Of a stretch of DNA of 64,000 bases, positions 1 to 11,800 are shown in pieces. Each line of letters begins with the position of its first letter. Position 1 is the stretch's first letter. The notes under the pieces are model-generated. The model was given only the letters and a program-made list of their open reading frames with translations, was not told the origin of the DNA and made no database searches. Made by a program: the position numbers and the translations under genes. Origin of the DNA: Heptranchias perlo (taxonomy: Eukaryota); contig NC_090336.1 of the NCBI RefSeq assembly GCF_035084215.1, forward strand, positions 36,766,001-36,830,000. Direction: 5' to 3'.

Positions 1-105
1 CAGCTGACCTTCAAGGCCTCCTCCTCTGCCCATGTCAGGGCCACTATTTGTGGTGGACCCCCCTCCAGTCCTACTCCTCTCCCGTGCATTTTGCGCTTTC
101 TTCTC
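1..105 (-). CDS. Harbinger Myb/SANT-like protein, exon 2 (partial)
   Basis: Pyrimidine tract plus tgtag|EKKAQNARERSRTGGGPPQIVALTWAEEEALKVS; the RTGGG motif is typical after the Myb/SANT domain of Harbinger proteins. Confidence 0.8.
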
Positions 106-431
106 CTACAAGGGGAGAAAGAACAGATGTGTGAGTGAGTGAGGGTGACAGGGTCAGCTGATGGATGCATTGCTTTGGGTGAGGCAGCCTATGAAAGAGA
201 TGCATCAGAAGGTGAGTATCAGACAGATTCATAACATTGCATCGGGATTGGGGCGAGTGGGAATGGTCTGATCACAAATGGGGAGGTGAGGAAGTACACA
301 GAGTGACGGCAAGTTGATAATGAGACTTAAGTGGTATGAGGAGTGATGTGATGGAGTAGACTTGGCAGGACAGTGTGAGAGGGGAGGTAATGTACACCAT
401 AGCATGTAGGTGAATCAGTAACTGTACTCAC

Positions 432-671
432 TTTTCCTGACCTGGTTAGGTCATTAAAGCGCTTCCTGCACTGCACCCACGTCCTTGCCAACGAGCTCCT
501 GCTGCTCAGCTCCAGTGCCACCTCCAGCCAGGCCTTCTCGATGGCTGGCGCAGGACACTTCCTCCAATCAGCTGGGTAGAGTATGTCCCTCCTGCTCCTC
601 ACACTGGCCAGTAGCAACTCAAGTGAAGAGTCACTGAACCGGGCTGCTGGTTTCGTCCTTTGTTGCTCCAT
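432..671 (-). CDS. Harbinger Myb/SANT-like DNA-binding protein, exon 1
   Basis: MEQQRTKPAARFSDSSLELLLASV...AWLEVA...RTWVQCRKRFNDLTRSGK|gtgagt; 240 nt, phase 0. Confidence 0.85.
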
Positions 672-1375
672 GTCTTTAAATTCCTTCTTTCTCCCTCAAA
701 ATCCATGGTTGCAATGTCCCTTTAAATACTCCAGCTCCCAGCACATCATTCGGGTGCTCAGTACACCCGCTGGGCAGCTTGGCGACGCAAAACCCGGAAG
801 TCACATTAAGGGCCATCAATTTAGCTGTGATTGCTTGAGAAAACGCAAAAAAATTTTCCTGGTGTCCCACCCACGTACTGATCTAGCCACTGAGATCCCG
901 CCGGTATATTAAAATTTACCCCATGGTTTTCAAAGCTTTCCACCAATGGGAGTATTCCTTGCCTGATGTCTGGGTCTGTTGTAGACTTATTGATAGAGAT
1001 TGATTGCTATGATTAGTTAACAACTCCATTATTGTTGCATTATGCAATGACCAGGATGGTAGAACGCGAACTAGATACACAGTGATCCTTTTCTTCATCT
1101 AGCAATTCCTAAGAAATGCATGTAATTGCTTTAATGTGATTGAAGTCATTTCTTCAGGCTTCTTGTCAAATGTTGTGCACCATCCAATTTAATCACCCAG
1201 CCTAAGGTATAATGACATTTCAGATAGGTTTCTTCTGATTCCAACACCAATGCAGTTGCAAAATGAAAGCTATTGGAACTTAACTGGATTATAAACACTC
1301 CCCCTTGCATACTCCCCTACCACTTCAGTAACAGAATGCCCAGCCTTTGAATTTGATATCAACATATATTTATGT

Positions 1376-1831
1376 TTGTAAACAATTTTACAACACCAAG
1401 TTATAGTCCAGCAATTTTATTTTAAATTCACAAGCTTTCGGAGATTTTCTCCTTCCTCAGGCAAATGTTTCAAGATCTCCTTGAAGCCTACGCATTTATA
1501 CATATTGAACAATAATACATGGTGTTTACAGACTGCCCCTGCAACTGCCTGTTGCCAAGGCAATCACCGTGTTCAGACAGAGAGGTGTTACCTGCAGAAC
1601 CTCCGAATACACATTCAACAAAAAAACAAACAGGGAAAAAAAAACAGAGAAAAAAAAAACACAGAGAGAGGCAGAAACATCCGGAAGGCAGAGAGAGCCA
1701 GCAAATGACCCATTATATTAAAAACAGATAACATTTGTTCGCTGGTGGGGTAACGTGTAGCGTGACATGAACCCAAGATCCCGGTTGAGGCCGTCCTCAT
1801 GGGTGCGGAACTTGGCTATCAATTTCCAAGT
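1376..1831 (-). mobile_element. Penelope-like element, 5'-truncated copy (end of GIY-YIG ORF plus 3' pLTR region)
   Basis: Reverse complement of ~38597-39038 with few changes; flanked by atatttatgt (1366-1375 and 1833-1842). Confidence 0.92.
1426..1466 (-). ncRNA. Minimal type I hammerhead ribozyme motif in Penelope pLTR
   Basis: Minus strand ATTTGC-CTGAGGA-A-GGAGA-AAA-TCTCC-GAAA-GC-TT-GTGAAT. Confidence 0.7.
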
Positions 1832-1944
1832 AATATTTATGTAGCATTTCTCACATGGAACAATACTGCAGAGCATTTTGCAAGGGGGGGCAGGTGGACA
1901 CTAAGCAGGAATAAAATGAACTGAGAGGGAAAAGCTGAAGGCAC

Positions 1945-2250
1945 ATAAGAACAAAAGAAGGAGAAATAGGCCATACGGTCCTTCGAGCCTGCTCCACCAT
2001 TCAATAAGATCATGGGTGATCTTCTACCTCAACTCCACTTTCCCGCCCGATCCCCATATCCCTTGATTCCCTTAGTATCCAAATATCCATTGATCTCAGC
2101 CTTGAATATAGGAACATAGGAACAGGAGTAGGCCATTCAGCCCCTCGTGCCTGCTCCGCCATTTGATAAGATCATGGCTGATCTGAATATACTCAACGAC
2201 TGAGCATCCACAGCCCTCTGGGATAGAGAATTCCAAAGAATTCCACAGTC
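1945..2250 (-). mobile_element. CR1-type 3' end fragment with a nested second CR1-tail insertion (2111-2183)
   Basis: cataagaac/ataggaac tail repeats and ggccattcagccc...gatcatggctgatct; nested piece flanked by tgaatata (2103-2110, 2184-2191). Confidence 0.75.
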
Positions 2251-2869
2251 AAAGGGATACGTTTTAAGGAAATTTTTGAAAGCAGGTTAAGAGGTAACAA
2301 GGCACAGTGATCTTGGACTAGACTTCCAGAGAAAAAGAGCATAGCGTCTGAAAGATCACCTACAATGGTGGAGTGGAAGGAGCAGGAAAGAAGCAGTGCT
2401 CCAGAGACAAAAGAATAGAATGTGCTCACTTGTAAGAATGATTGATTCAAGTCTGTAGTATTTACATCCTAAACTGAAACAGTGCTGCAGATTCAATGGG
2501 AAGACTGCATGATGTAATTGCTGCCCAAATATCACTAACATAGCTAATTCATAGAATCTGCAAAATTCCCAGGTGAAAAACAGTCGAATAACCATAACCT
2601 AATCACAATGCATAAACTTGTCATGGATTAATAACATCTAATATAAAACAACTTGCATTTATGTAACATCTGTAGCATAGAAAAATCCAAAATCATAGGA
2701 TATAGGCGTGATGAAAAGAGTCATTGAGCCAGGAAGTAAGAGGTTAAACAGGTGACCGAAGTCAGGGTCAAAGAGAAGGGTTTTGAGGAGGTTCTTTGAA
2801 AGGAGAGAAAGGTGCAAAGGCGTGGGGGGATGCATTGGAGGCCATAGTCAGAGGAAAGAAGTGTTTAGG

Positions 2870-3830
2870 ATGAGATATTTATCGATCTCAGTCTTGAAAA
2901 TTTCAAATGACCTAGCAACCACAGCCCAAGAGGTCCAAACTTCCACTACCCTTCATGTAAACAAGTGCGTCCTCATTTCACTCCTAAATTTCTTCGCTCT
3001 AATTTTAAGATTATGACCCCTTATTCTGGATTCCCCCACCAGACAAAATAGTTTCTCCATATCTAACCGACTGAATCTCAATCATTTTAAACACCTCGAT
3101 TATAATCACCCCCTCAGCATTCCAATCTCAAGGGAATAAAGCCAAGTTTATGTAACCTGGCCTCATAAATTAACCCTTTAAGCTCCAGTATAGGTGAATC
3201 TGCACTATATATGGCCCTCTGCAACCAATATATCCTTCCTGAGGTGTGGTGTCCAAAATTGAGCAGTACTCCAGATGGGGTCTGACCAAAGCTCTGAACA
3301 ACTGATGCTTCACTTTCTCCCTTTTGTATTCTTGCCCCCTTGAGATACAGGCCAACATTCCATTAGCCTTTTTGATTACTTTTTGTACCTGTCTACTAGC
3401 TTTTAGTAATTTTGGGTACATGGACACCCAAATCTCTTTGCTCCTCCACAGTTCCTACTTTCTCACCATTAAGAAAATATTTTGCTTTTTCTTTCCGGGA
3501 TCCAAAGTGGATGACCTCTCACTTCCCCACATTGAACTTCATCTGCTACAGTTTTGCCCACTCACTTAGTCTGTCTACGTCCCTCTGCCCCCATTTGCAC
3601 AACTTACTATGCCTCCTAACTTAGTGTCATCTGCAAACTTGGATATACAACTCTCTACACCTTCATCATTGATACATACGGTGAAAAGCAAATCACTGGA
3701 GACCACCACTTGTCACATCCTGCCAATCAGAGTACTTTCCCTTGATTCCTACTTTCCGTTTCCTACCGCTCAACCAATTACCAACCCATGTAATAAGGTT
3801 ACCTGCGATTCTGCGCACTTTCATTTTTGC
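2870..3830 (-). mobile_element. Degenerate CR1 LINE, RT C-terminal part
   Basis: ORF 3170-3427 QVQKVIKKANGMLACISRG...LVRPHLEYC; KFADDTKL motif near 3620-3640. Confidence 0.85.
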
Positions 3831-3839
3831 TAACAAAAG

Positions 3840-5460
3840 ATCAGGAAGAGGAGGGAGCCAAGGATAGATCCTTTGTGTACCCCGGAGGTGTCGCTACAGG
3901 GGGGTGAAGAGAAGCTATTGCTGGAGATGCAGTGTTTGCGTTTGGATAGGTAGGAATGGAAGGGCAGTCCTACAGAGATAGACAACAGAGAAGGGCCTTT
4001 GGAGGAGGATAGTCTGGTGAACCACACTGAATGCTGCGGAAAGGTTTAAGAGGTCAAGGAGGTATAGTGCATTATGGTAATGTAGGGTGTTGTTTTTGGT
4101 CTTGACTATGGCCACCTTAGGGCTGAAAAGCGTAGAAGCTGGACTTGAGGGTCCATTACCTATCTCTTTAAATTACCCTCCCTTGCCTCCTCCACCCTTA
4201 CCTCTAACAACAGATGCGAGGAGTTCATGGACTTCTTTGTCACCAAGAAAGACCTTCCATTCAGCTGCCACTGCTACTTTCTCCCCATGGCCTTGCCCGC
4301 CAAGCCATACCCCACTTATGGCCCCCTATCCCAGACCTGAACCCTTGTGTTTCTCTAGTTTCTCTCACATATCTTCATGTCCTCGCCGAGCTTATCATGT
4401 CCATGAGATCCACTCCTACTGCCTTGACCCCATCCCCATTAAACTTCTGACCACCCAACTTCCCCCATGCTATCTGACATTGTAAAAGGCTCCCTCTCTT
4501 CATGCACTGTCCCGCTCCCTTTCAAAACCAACATCACCTTCCTCCTCAAAAAAACAGCCCCTCTGTCCCTGTAAATTACGTCTCCATCTCCCTTTCTTAT
4601 CCAAAATCTTTGAACATGCAGTTGTCTCCCAAATTTGTGCCCATCTCATCGCAACTCCCTGTTTAAATCTTTCCAATCAGGTTTACACCCCACCCACACC
4701 ACCAAAATAGCCCTAACCAAAGTTATAAATAACATTCTCTGTAACTGTGACCATGGTGCATTGTCCCTCCTTGACCTCTCTGCATCATCCTCCAAGTTCC
4801 AGTTCAGTGAGATTGCCCCTGCTTGATTCCACTCTTGCCCTTCCAATCGTATTTAAATCATCTCCAGAAATGGATTCTCTTCCCGCCCCACACCGTTAAC
4901 TCCCATCCTTGGTCCCCTCCTCTTCCTCATCTACATGCTGCCCCTTGGTGACATCATCTGCAGACATGGGATCACCTTTCACATATGCGCTGATGACACC
5001 CACCTCTCCAACATCCCTCTCAACCCCTCCACTGCTTCTATGCTGCCAGATTGCTTGTGCATCATACAGTCTTGGATGAGCCACAATTTCCTCAGCTAAA
5101 CATCAGGAAAATCAAAACCACTGTCTTCACACCTCAAATTCCACCGACTCCATCACCTTCCTGGCTACCGACTCAAGCTGAATCAGATTGTTCATAACCT
5201 CAGCATCCTATTCAACCCAGATGTGAGCTTCTGACCCCATATCCTCTCCATCATAAAGACTGCCTATTCCCACCACTAACATTGTCCGCCTCCTCCTTGA
5301 CCTCAGCCCATCTGCCGTTGACACTCATCCATGCCTCCCATCCTCCACCCCCTGCAAACTTCAACTCATCCAAACTTTGCTGCCCATGTCATATTCTGCA
5401 CCAAGTTCCACTCACCCATTACGCCTGTCCTTGCTGGACTACTTTCCCCTAATGTCAGTC
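3840..5460. mobile_element. L2-type LINE fragments (3840-4140 minus; 4170-5460 plus)
   Basis: LFKSFQSGLHPTHTTKIALTKVINNILC..D.G.LSLLDLSA and YADD (tatgcgctgatgacac) motifs typical of L2 RT. Confidence 0.8.
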
Positions 5461-6154
5461 CCAGTCCCCTAATCCTCACCAAGTCTTGTACATTTAGACC
5501 TGCGCAACCTTTTAAACACTATAACGTTAAACCTGTCATTCCTAAAAAATGTCACAATATCACAGCAATAGCATTTATTTAAGAGTTGTTAATTTGCCTC
5601 TTCCAATTTTCTCTCCTTACCTCTTTTCTTCTGAGAGCACTCTGTGATGTTGGCATACAGTTTCAACTGCAGGAGCTATCATTGCTGAGCAATGTTCTGT
5701 CCTTACCTGGTCTCTATACATGCACAATTCCAACAGAGATTTCCAATAGCAGTCAAGATTTTATCCATTACTAGCTTTGGGATCTGATGACAATTGCTAG
5801 GTTGAATAGGTCAGGACCATGCCATGTGTTATATTTTCACAGGAATCCCACACTTAAAATTTTCCTTTTACAAAACAAAAAAAAAAAGTCTATATAGCTG
5901 GTAGGAATAAAACAATTACTTTGTTGTTCCAGGTTTACTTTAAAATTCCTTTACCAAATTTGCTCGATTTCATCAGTGTACAATTTGTGTGTATTAGCAG
6001 CCATGCCTTTTCATGCAAGCAAATGGTTGTGCAGGGTCAGGGATTTCCTCTGAGTGCCCAACAATGCCAGGTTTAAATCCTTGAGGGGCTTTTTTTTAAA
6101 AAAATAGGTTTTTCTAATTTTTTGAAATAAAATGTAAGAGCCGGAAGGTTAGTC

Positions 6155-6685
6155 TAGAACATTGGTTAGGCCACAGCTTGAGTACTACATACAGTTCTGG
6201 TCACCATATTACAGGAAAGATGTGATTACACTAGAGAGAGTACAGAGGAGATTTTGCCATGGCTGGAGAATTTGAGCTATGAGAAAAGATTGGATAGGCT
6301 GGGGTTGTTTTCTTTGGGACAAAGGAGGCTAAGGGGAGATTTAATTGAGGTGTATAAAATTATGACGGGACTAGAGTGGATAGGGAGGACCTATTTCCCT
6401 TAGCAGAGGGGTCAGTGACCAGGGGGCATAGATTTAAAATAATTGGTAGAAGGATTAGAGGGGAGCTGAGGAGAAATTTTTTCACCCAGTGGGTGGTGGG
6501 GGTCTGGAACTCACTGCAGAAACCCTCAACTCATTTAAAAAGTACTTGGATGTGCACTTGAAGTGCCGTAACCTACAGGGCTACGGACTAAGTGCTGGAA
6601 AGTGAGATTAAGCTGGATGGCTCTTTTTCAGCCGGCATGGACACAATGGCTTTCTTTTGCGCTGTAACTTTCTATGACTCTATGA
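6155..6685 (+). mobile_element. CR1 LINE 3' fragment
   Basis: [32 protein letters not shown], ends in ttctatgactctatga tail. Confidence 0.9.
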
Positions 6686-7550
6686 AAACAAGTAATAGAA
6701 ACCTAATTTAAAGTTACTTAAAATTCTTTCACACCAAGTTTGCTACTTACACTAAAAATATACCAAAACAATCTCAGAAATTGGGGCTACATTGGGAATA
6801 TTTTTATTTTTATTTTGTTACAGCTCTTTTGTCTTGATTGTGCATTTTAACGTGGTATTTTGTAATACAAATCAACTGTGAATAACAACTTAAGGAACAT
6901 TTAACAGAGGGTATTTATTACTTTTGAGAACACACAGGAAAATGTTTAAAGCTATACAGGAACAATTCAGTAAATGGATCAATCAGGGTTTGGAGCCTGC
7001 CTCTTATTTCATACACTTCTGAGACGCTGTATTCATTATTCCTCCATGTCCTTTTACCTTTCTGATTGAGTACCTGGGGAATGACGTTCACATGGCCTCT
7101 GTGGATCACTCCCTCCCAATTTATATTATGATCGCTCTCTCCCTGCAGGCCTGCTGGAGACCAATTCATGGGATTGAAACTTGATGTCATGATGCAAATG
7201 CATGCCACATCATGGGCACGGAGGCGAGGTGGGCATTTAAATGGTGAAAAACTGGTTCTGTTCACCTTCATGCTAGCATCAAGACTCTGTTTTGCATCCA
7301 AACGCAAGCCAGCAGAGGCACAGAATCAGCACACAGCCACCAAAGGAGGCACCTAATCTGACGACACATCATAAGAGTGGGTCTCCGATGCTGCTGAAAC
7401 TCCAGACATTTCCTCACTGCATGGTGGAAGAACTGCACATCTGCTGTCAACATCATTCACTCAAGGTAAAGATTCTTATACTCACTCAGTAGCCCTCTGC
7501 TTGGTAGTAACACATCAAAGATTGGCCTGGATCTTAATTTTCTAATTTAA

Positions 7551-7712
7551 TTTTGCGCTGGATACTCAACAGGAACTTAATTAAGACTTTCTAAATTTAT
7601 TTCACAAAGAACCATTAGATGAAACTCTCATCCACGCTGAACGCGATTAAACTCAGGTTCTTACACTGAAAGATGAGTGTAACCCACTACATTTTGACTC
7701 AATCCCTGTATA
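7551..7712 (+). repeat. ~160-bp direct repeat, copy 1 (copy 2 at 13649-13815)
   Basis: Shared gctggatactcaac...agactttctaaatttatttcacaa...ccattagatgaaactctcatcca...cactacattttgactcaatccct with scattered substitutions and small indels. Confidence 0.85.
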
Positions 7713-7939
7713 AATCTGGGTTTTCGATTGAGTGAATAGTAGCCTTGAAAGTAATTTATTCACCAATGCAAACCCAGTTTGTTTGAACATCCTTGCACCT
7801 CCAAAACGGGCAATGGGAGCCAGAAGAAGAAATTGGTAAATAATAATTTAAACTTTTTTTTTGATAGTAAAAAAAAAAGGTTAAATATAAGAGAGAAAGA
7901 GAACGGGAAAGAGGAACGTATTGAAAAAAAAGTTGCTTA

Positions 7940-8784
7940 AAATTTCCTCAGATGTTCTCCCAATCAGCTGTTATAACTTTGGTGGAAGGTGTTGGCTAGG
8001 GGCTGCGGTGACCTGAGACGTCGGCAGCTGATATACACAGGCAGGAATGACTTTTGAACTAAAGTAACCTGAGTTCAGTCCTGGCCTTAGCTGGCTGGAA
8101 CCGGTTTGAATTAACCAAGTTTTGTGAAAGACAAAGGAAATGTGATAAGACGCAAGTCCTTATTTAGAAAAGGAGTAATGAGGTAATGCTACCTAAGTCC
8201 TTGGGACAGAGCCAATGAGGAGAAGACCCAGGCAAAAGCGAGCAGGCCTAAACCAAACGGAGAGAGACAGCACAGCTTGAAGAGATAAGATTCAGAATAA
8301 GAATGAAGGATCTGGGGCATGGAGCCAGAGCGAAGACTCCGGACACCAACCATCGCGGAAGTGGAAGACCCTATGTCAGGGACGTAGAGACGACGTTGAA
8401 AGAGAGAGAGAACGGAATGCTGGCCAGCGTCAGCTCTCCTTTTCGGGTATTATCCTTTATATTCTGTGACCGCTCAGGGAGTGTCAGAGAAACCTAGTGG
8501 GTGTGCGTTTAGATCTTAGTTTGGGTACAAGACTGTATAACCTGGTGTAAACTGCATGCCTATATCTAACCAGATGTATAAGCTATATGTATATGATCTA
8601 ACGGTGTGAATAAAGTGAATTGAGAGTTAAGAGAGAATTGACTCTTCTCTGTGTACTAAGCCAGTAACTGTAACTGGTCAACAAAGGTCAGCAAAAATCC
8701 TACTTAAGTGGTGTATCTGGGGTTTCCACCAATCTTCTGCTGAACTTATAGTAGCCGATTGGAAGAAACCCTGAGGAAATTTCC
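7940..8784. mobile_element. Short MITE-like inverted-repeat element interrupted by a solo LTR
   Basis: Left end aaatttcctcagatgttctcccaatcagctgttataactt vs reverse complement of right end aaatttcctcagggtttcttccaatcggctactataagtt. Confidence 0.7.
7990..8683 (+). mobile_element. Solo LTR (probably Gypsy/Ty3 or ERV class), 694 bp
   Basis: Termini TGTTG...CAACA, 4-bp TSD AAGG (7986-7989, 8684-8687), AATAAA at 8609-8614, no internal gag/pol. Confidence 0.85.
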
Positions 8785-8849
8785 GACGAGGATTAACAAA
8801 GGGGACAGAATTAAAATGTTTTAAAACTTTTACTTTTAGTTCAAATTGT

Positions 8850-11800
8850 GTTTAAGTGCTTTTTTTAGTTGCATTGGGTTACACGGTGTGCGGATATTAC
8901 ACAGTGTGCTGAGAGTTCGGTAAGTGTGGGAGTTTGGTGAAGTGGGGGAAGGAGGTGCTGCTTTGCCTTGCTTTTCCATACTTTTCCTGCAGAGCGGTAG
9001 TGGACCTGAGAGTAGAAGACTGAGATTGTGGAATAAAAGCAGCAGCAGACCTGCACCAAGAGACAACTACTGTGCGACATCACAGGGACTTTACTCCTGG
9101 ACCTAAGATAAATAAGAAGCAAAAAGTAATCCAAGTGGGACGTCACCAAGGAAGAGGTAAGTGATTGGCTGGTGAGTATTTTCCTGCTGAATTTGTCTAA
9201 GGTTAGAGTTTGTGGATTCTCGGGTCTCTGTTGTGTAGTGGGGGACTGCTGTTCAGCAAGGGCCCTTGAGTATACCTTTTAATTGAAGTGAAATTGGTTG
9301 GATTCATTTAATTTGAATTAATTAGTTAAAGGGTAAGTCATGTCAGGACAGCCCAGCCCGTGTTATGCTCCTCCTGCTCCATGTGGGAAATCAGGGACCC
9401 TTCCGGTGTCCCTGACGACCATGTGTGCGGGAAATGTATCCAGCTGCAGCTACTGACAAACCGCATTGCGGCACTGGAGCTGTGGATGGATTCATTAAGG
9501 AGCATTCGCGATGCTGAGAACGTCATGGATAGCACGTTTAGTGAGATGGTCACACCGCAGGTAAAGGTTGTCCAGGCAGGAAGTAATTGGGTGACCACCA
9601 GGCAGAGTAAGAGGAGCAGGCAGGCAGTGCAGGGGTTCCCTGTGGCCGTCCCCCTCTCAAACAAATATACCGCTTTGGATATTGTTGAGGGGGATGACTT
9701 ATCAGGGGAAGGCAGCAGCAGCCAACTTCCTGGCACCAGGGGTAGCTCTGCTGCACAGGCTGGGAGGAAAAAGAGTGGAAGAGCTATAGTGGTAGGGGAT
9801 TCTATCGTAAGGGGAACAGACAGGCGTTTCTGTGGCCGTAAACGTGACTCCAGGATGGTTTGATGCCTCCCTGGTGCCAGGGTCATGGATGTCACTGAGC
9901 GGCTACAGGGCATTCTCAAGGGGGAGGGTGAGCAGGCAGAGGTCGTGATCCACATTGGGACCAACGACATAGGTAGGAAGGGAGATGAGGTCCTGCATCA
10001 AGAATTTAGGGAGCTAGGTAGCAGATTAAAGAGCAGGACCTCAAAGGTTGTAATCTCTGGATTACTCCCAGTACCACGGGCTAGTGAGTATAGAAATAGG
10101 AGGATAGAACAGATGAATGCGTGGCTAAAGAGTTGGTGCAGGAGGGAGGGTTTCAGTTTCCTGGATCACTGGGCCTGCTTCTGGGGAAGGTGGGACTTGT
10201 ACAAGTCGGACGGGTTGCACCTGAACCAGAGCGGGACAAATATCCTTGCGGGGAGGTTTGCGAGCACTGTTGGGGGGGGTTTAAACTAACTTGGCAGGGG
10301 GATGGGATACAGAGTGGAGCTACAATAGGGGGTGATGTGCAGCCAAATATAGAGAAAAAAACAAGTCAGCTTGGAAGACAGGGCAAATATGTACGGGCAA
10401 GGCTGGATGGCATCTATTTTAATGCAAGGAGTCTTGCGAATAAGGTGGATGAACTGAAGGTGTTGATAAACACATGGGAGTATGATATTGTTGCTGTCAC
10501 AGAGACATGGTTGAGGGAGGGGCAAGACTGGCAGCTCAATATTCCGGGGTACAGAATCTTCAGGTGAGACAGAGGGGGAGGTATAAGAGGAGGGGGGGTC
10601 GCAATATTAATTAAAGAATCAATTACTGCCATAAGGAGGGATGATATATTAGCAGGTTCCTCTAATGAGGCCATATGGGTGGAGCTTAAAAACAAAAAGG
10701 GGGCAAGCACTTTGATGGGAGTGTACGATAGGCCCCCAAACAGTCAGGGGGAGATAGAGGAACAGATCTGTCGGCAAATCTCAGAAAATTGTGCAAATAA
10801 TAGGGTAATAATAGTGGGGGATTTCAACTTCCCCAATATTAACTGGGATACTCAGAGTGTAAAAGGCTTAGAGGGTACAAAATTCTTAACGTGCATCCAG
10901 GAGAGCTTTTTGAGCCAGCATGTAGAAAGTCCTACAAGAGAGGGGGCGGTACTGGACCTAATTCTAGGGAATGTGGCCGGCCAAGTGGAAGAAGTGCTAG
11001 TAGGTGAGCACTTTGGTGACAGTGACCATAATTCGGTGAGATTTACGGTGGTCATGGAAAAGGACAGGGAGGGGCCGGAAATAAAGGTTCTAAATTGGGG
11101 GAAGGCCGATTTTAATAGGATAAGGCAGGATCTGGCCAAAATGGACTGGGATCAGCTGCTTGTAGGAAAATCTGCATCGGAGCAATGGGAGTCTTTCAGA
11201 AGGGAGATTGAGACCATACAATGGCAACATGTTCCCGTAAAGGTCAAGGGTGGTTCCAAGAACTCCAGGGAACCTTGGATGTCAGGGGATATACGAGAAT
11301 GGATTAGGAAAAAAAGGAGGGCTTTTGGCAGATACAAAAGGCTAAAGACGGAGGAAGCCCTAGAGGAGTACAAAAAGTGCAGGGGGATACTTAAAAAAGA
11401 AATTAGGAGATCAAGGAGGGGCCATGAAATAACACTGGCGAGCAAAATAAAGGAAAATCCTAAGATGTTTTATAAGTATATTAAGGGTAAGAGGATAACT
11501 AGGGAAAAAATAGGGCCCATTAGGGACAAAAATGGCAATGTGTGTGTGGAGCCGGCAGATGTAGGAGGGGTTCTAAATTAATTTTTTGCATCTGTTTTCA
11601 CTATGGAGAAGGACGATGTAGACATAGAAATACGGCAGGGGGACTGTGATATACTCGAACATATTAACATCGAGCGGGAGGAGGTATTGGCGGTTTTAGC
11701 AGGCCTAAAAATGGATAAATCCCCAGGCCCGGACGAAATGTATCCCAGGCTACTGTGTGAGGCAAAGGAGGAGATTGCGGGGGCTCTGACACATATATTC

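Larger units (their letters stand above)
1..922 (-). mobile_element. PIF/Harbinger DNA transposon end carrying the spliced Myb/SANT-like gene (runs off window start)
   Basis: Terminus GGGGTAAATTTT (minus strand, ends 922) is shared with MITEs at 34685 and 41147; Myb/SANT exons lie inside. Confidence 0.8.

Noticed and set aside
6918-7492. 129-aa minus-strand ORF in a GC-richer patch
   Set aside because: No recognisable motif; possibly a very old transposon remnant but not assignable.
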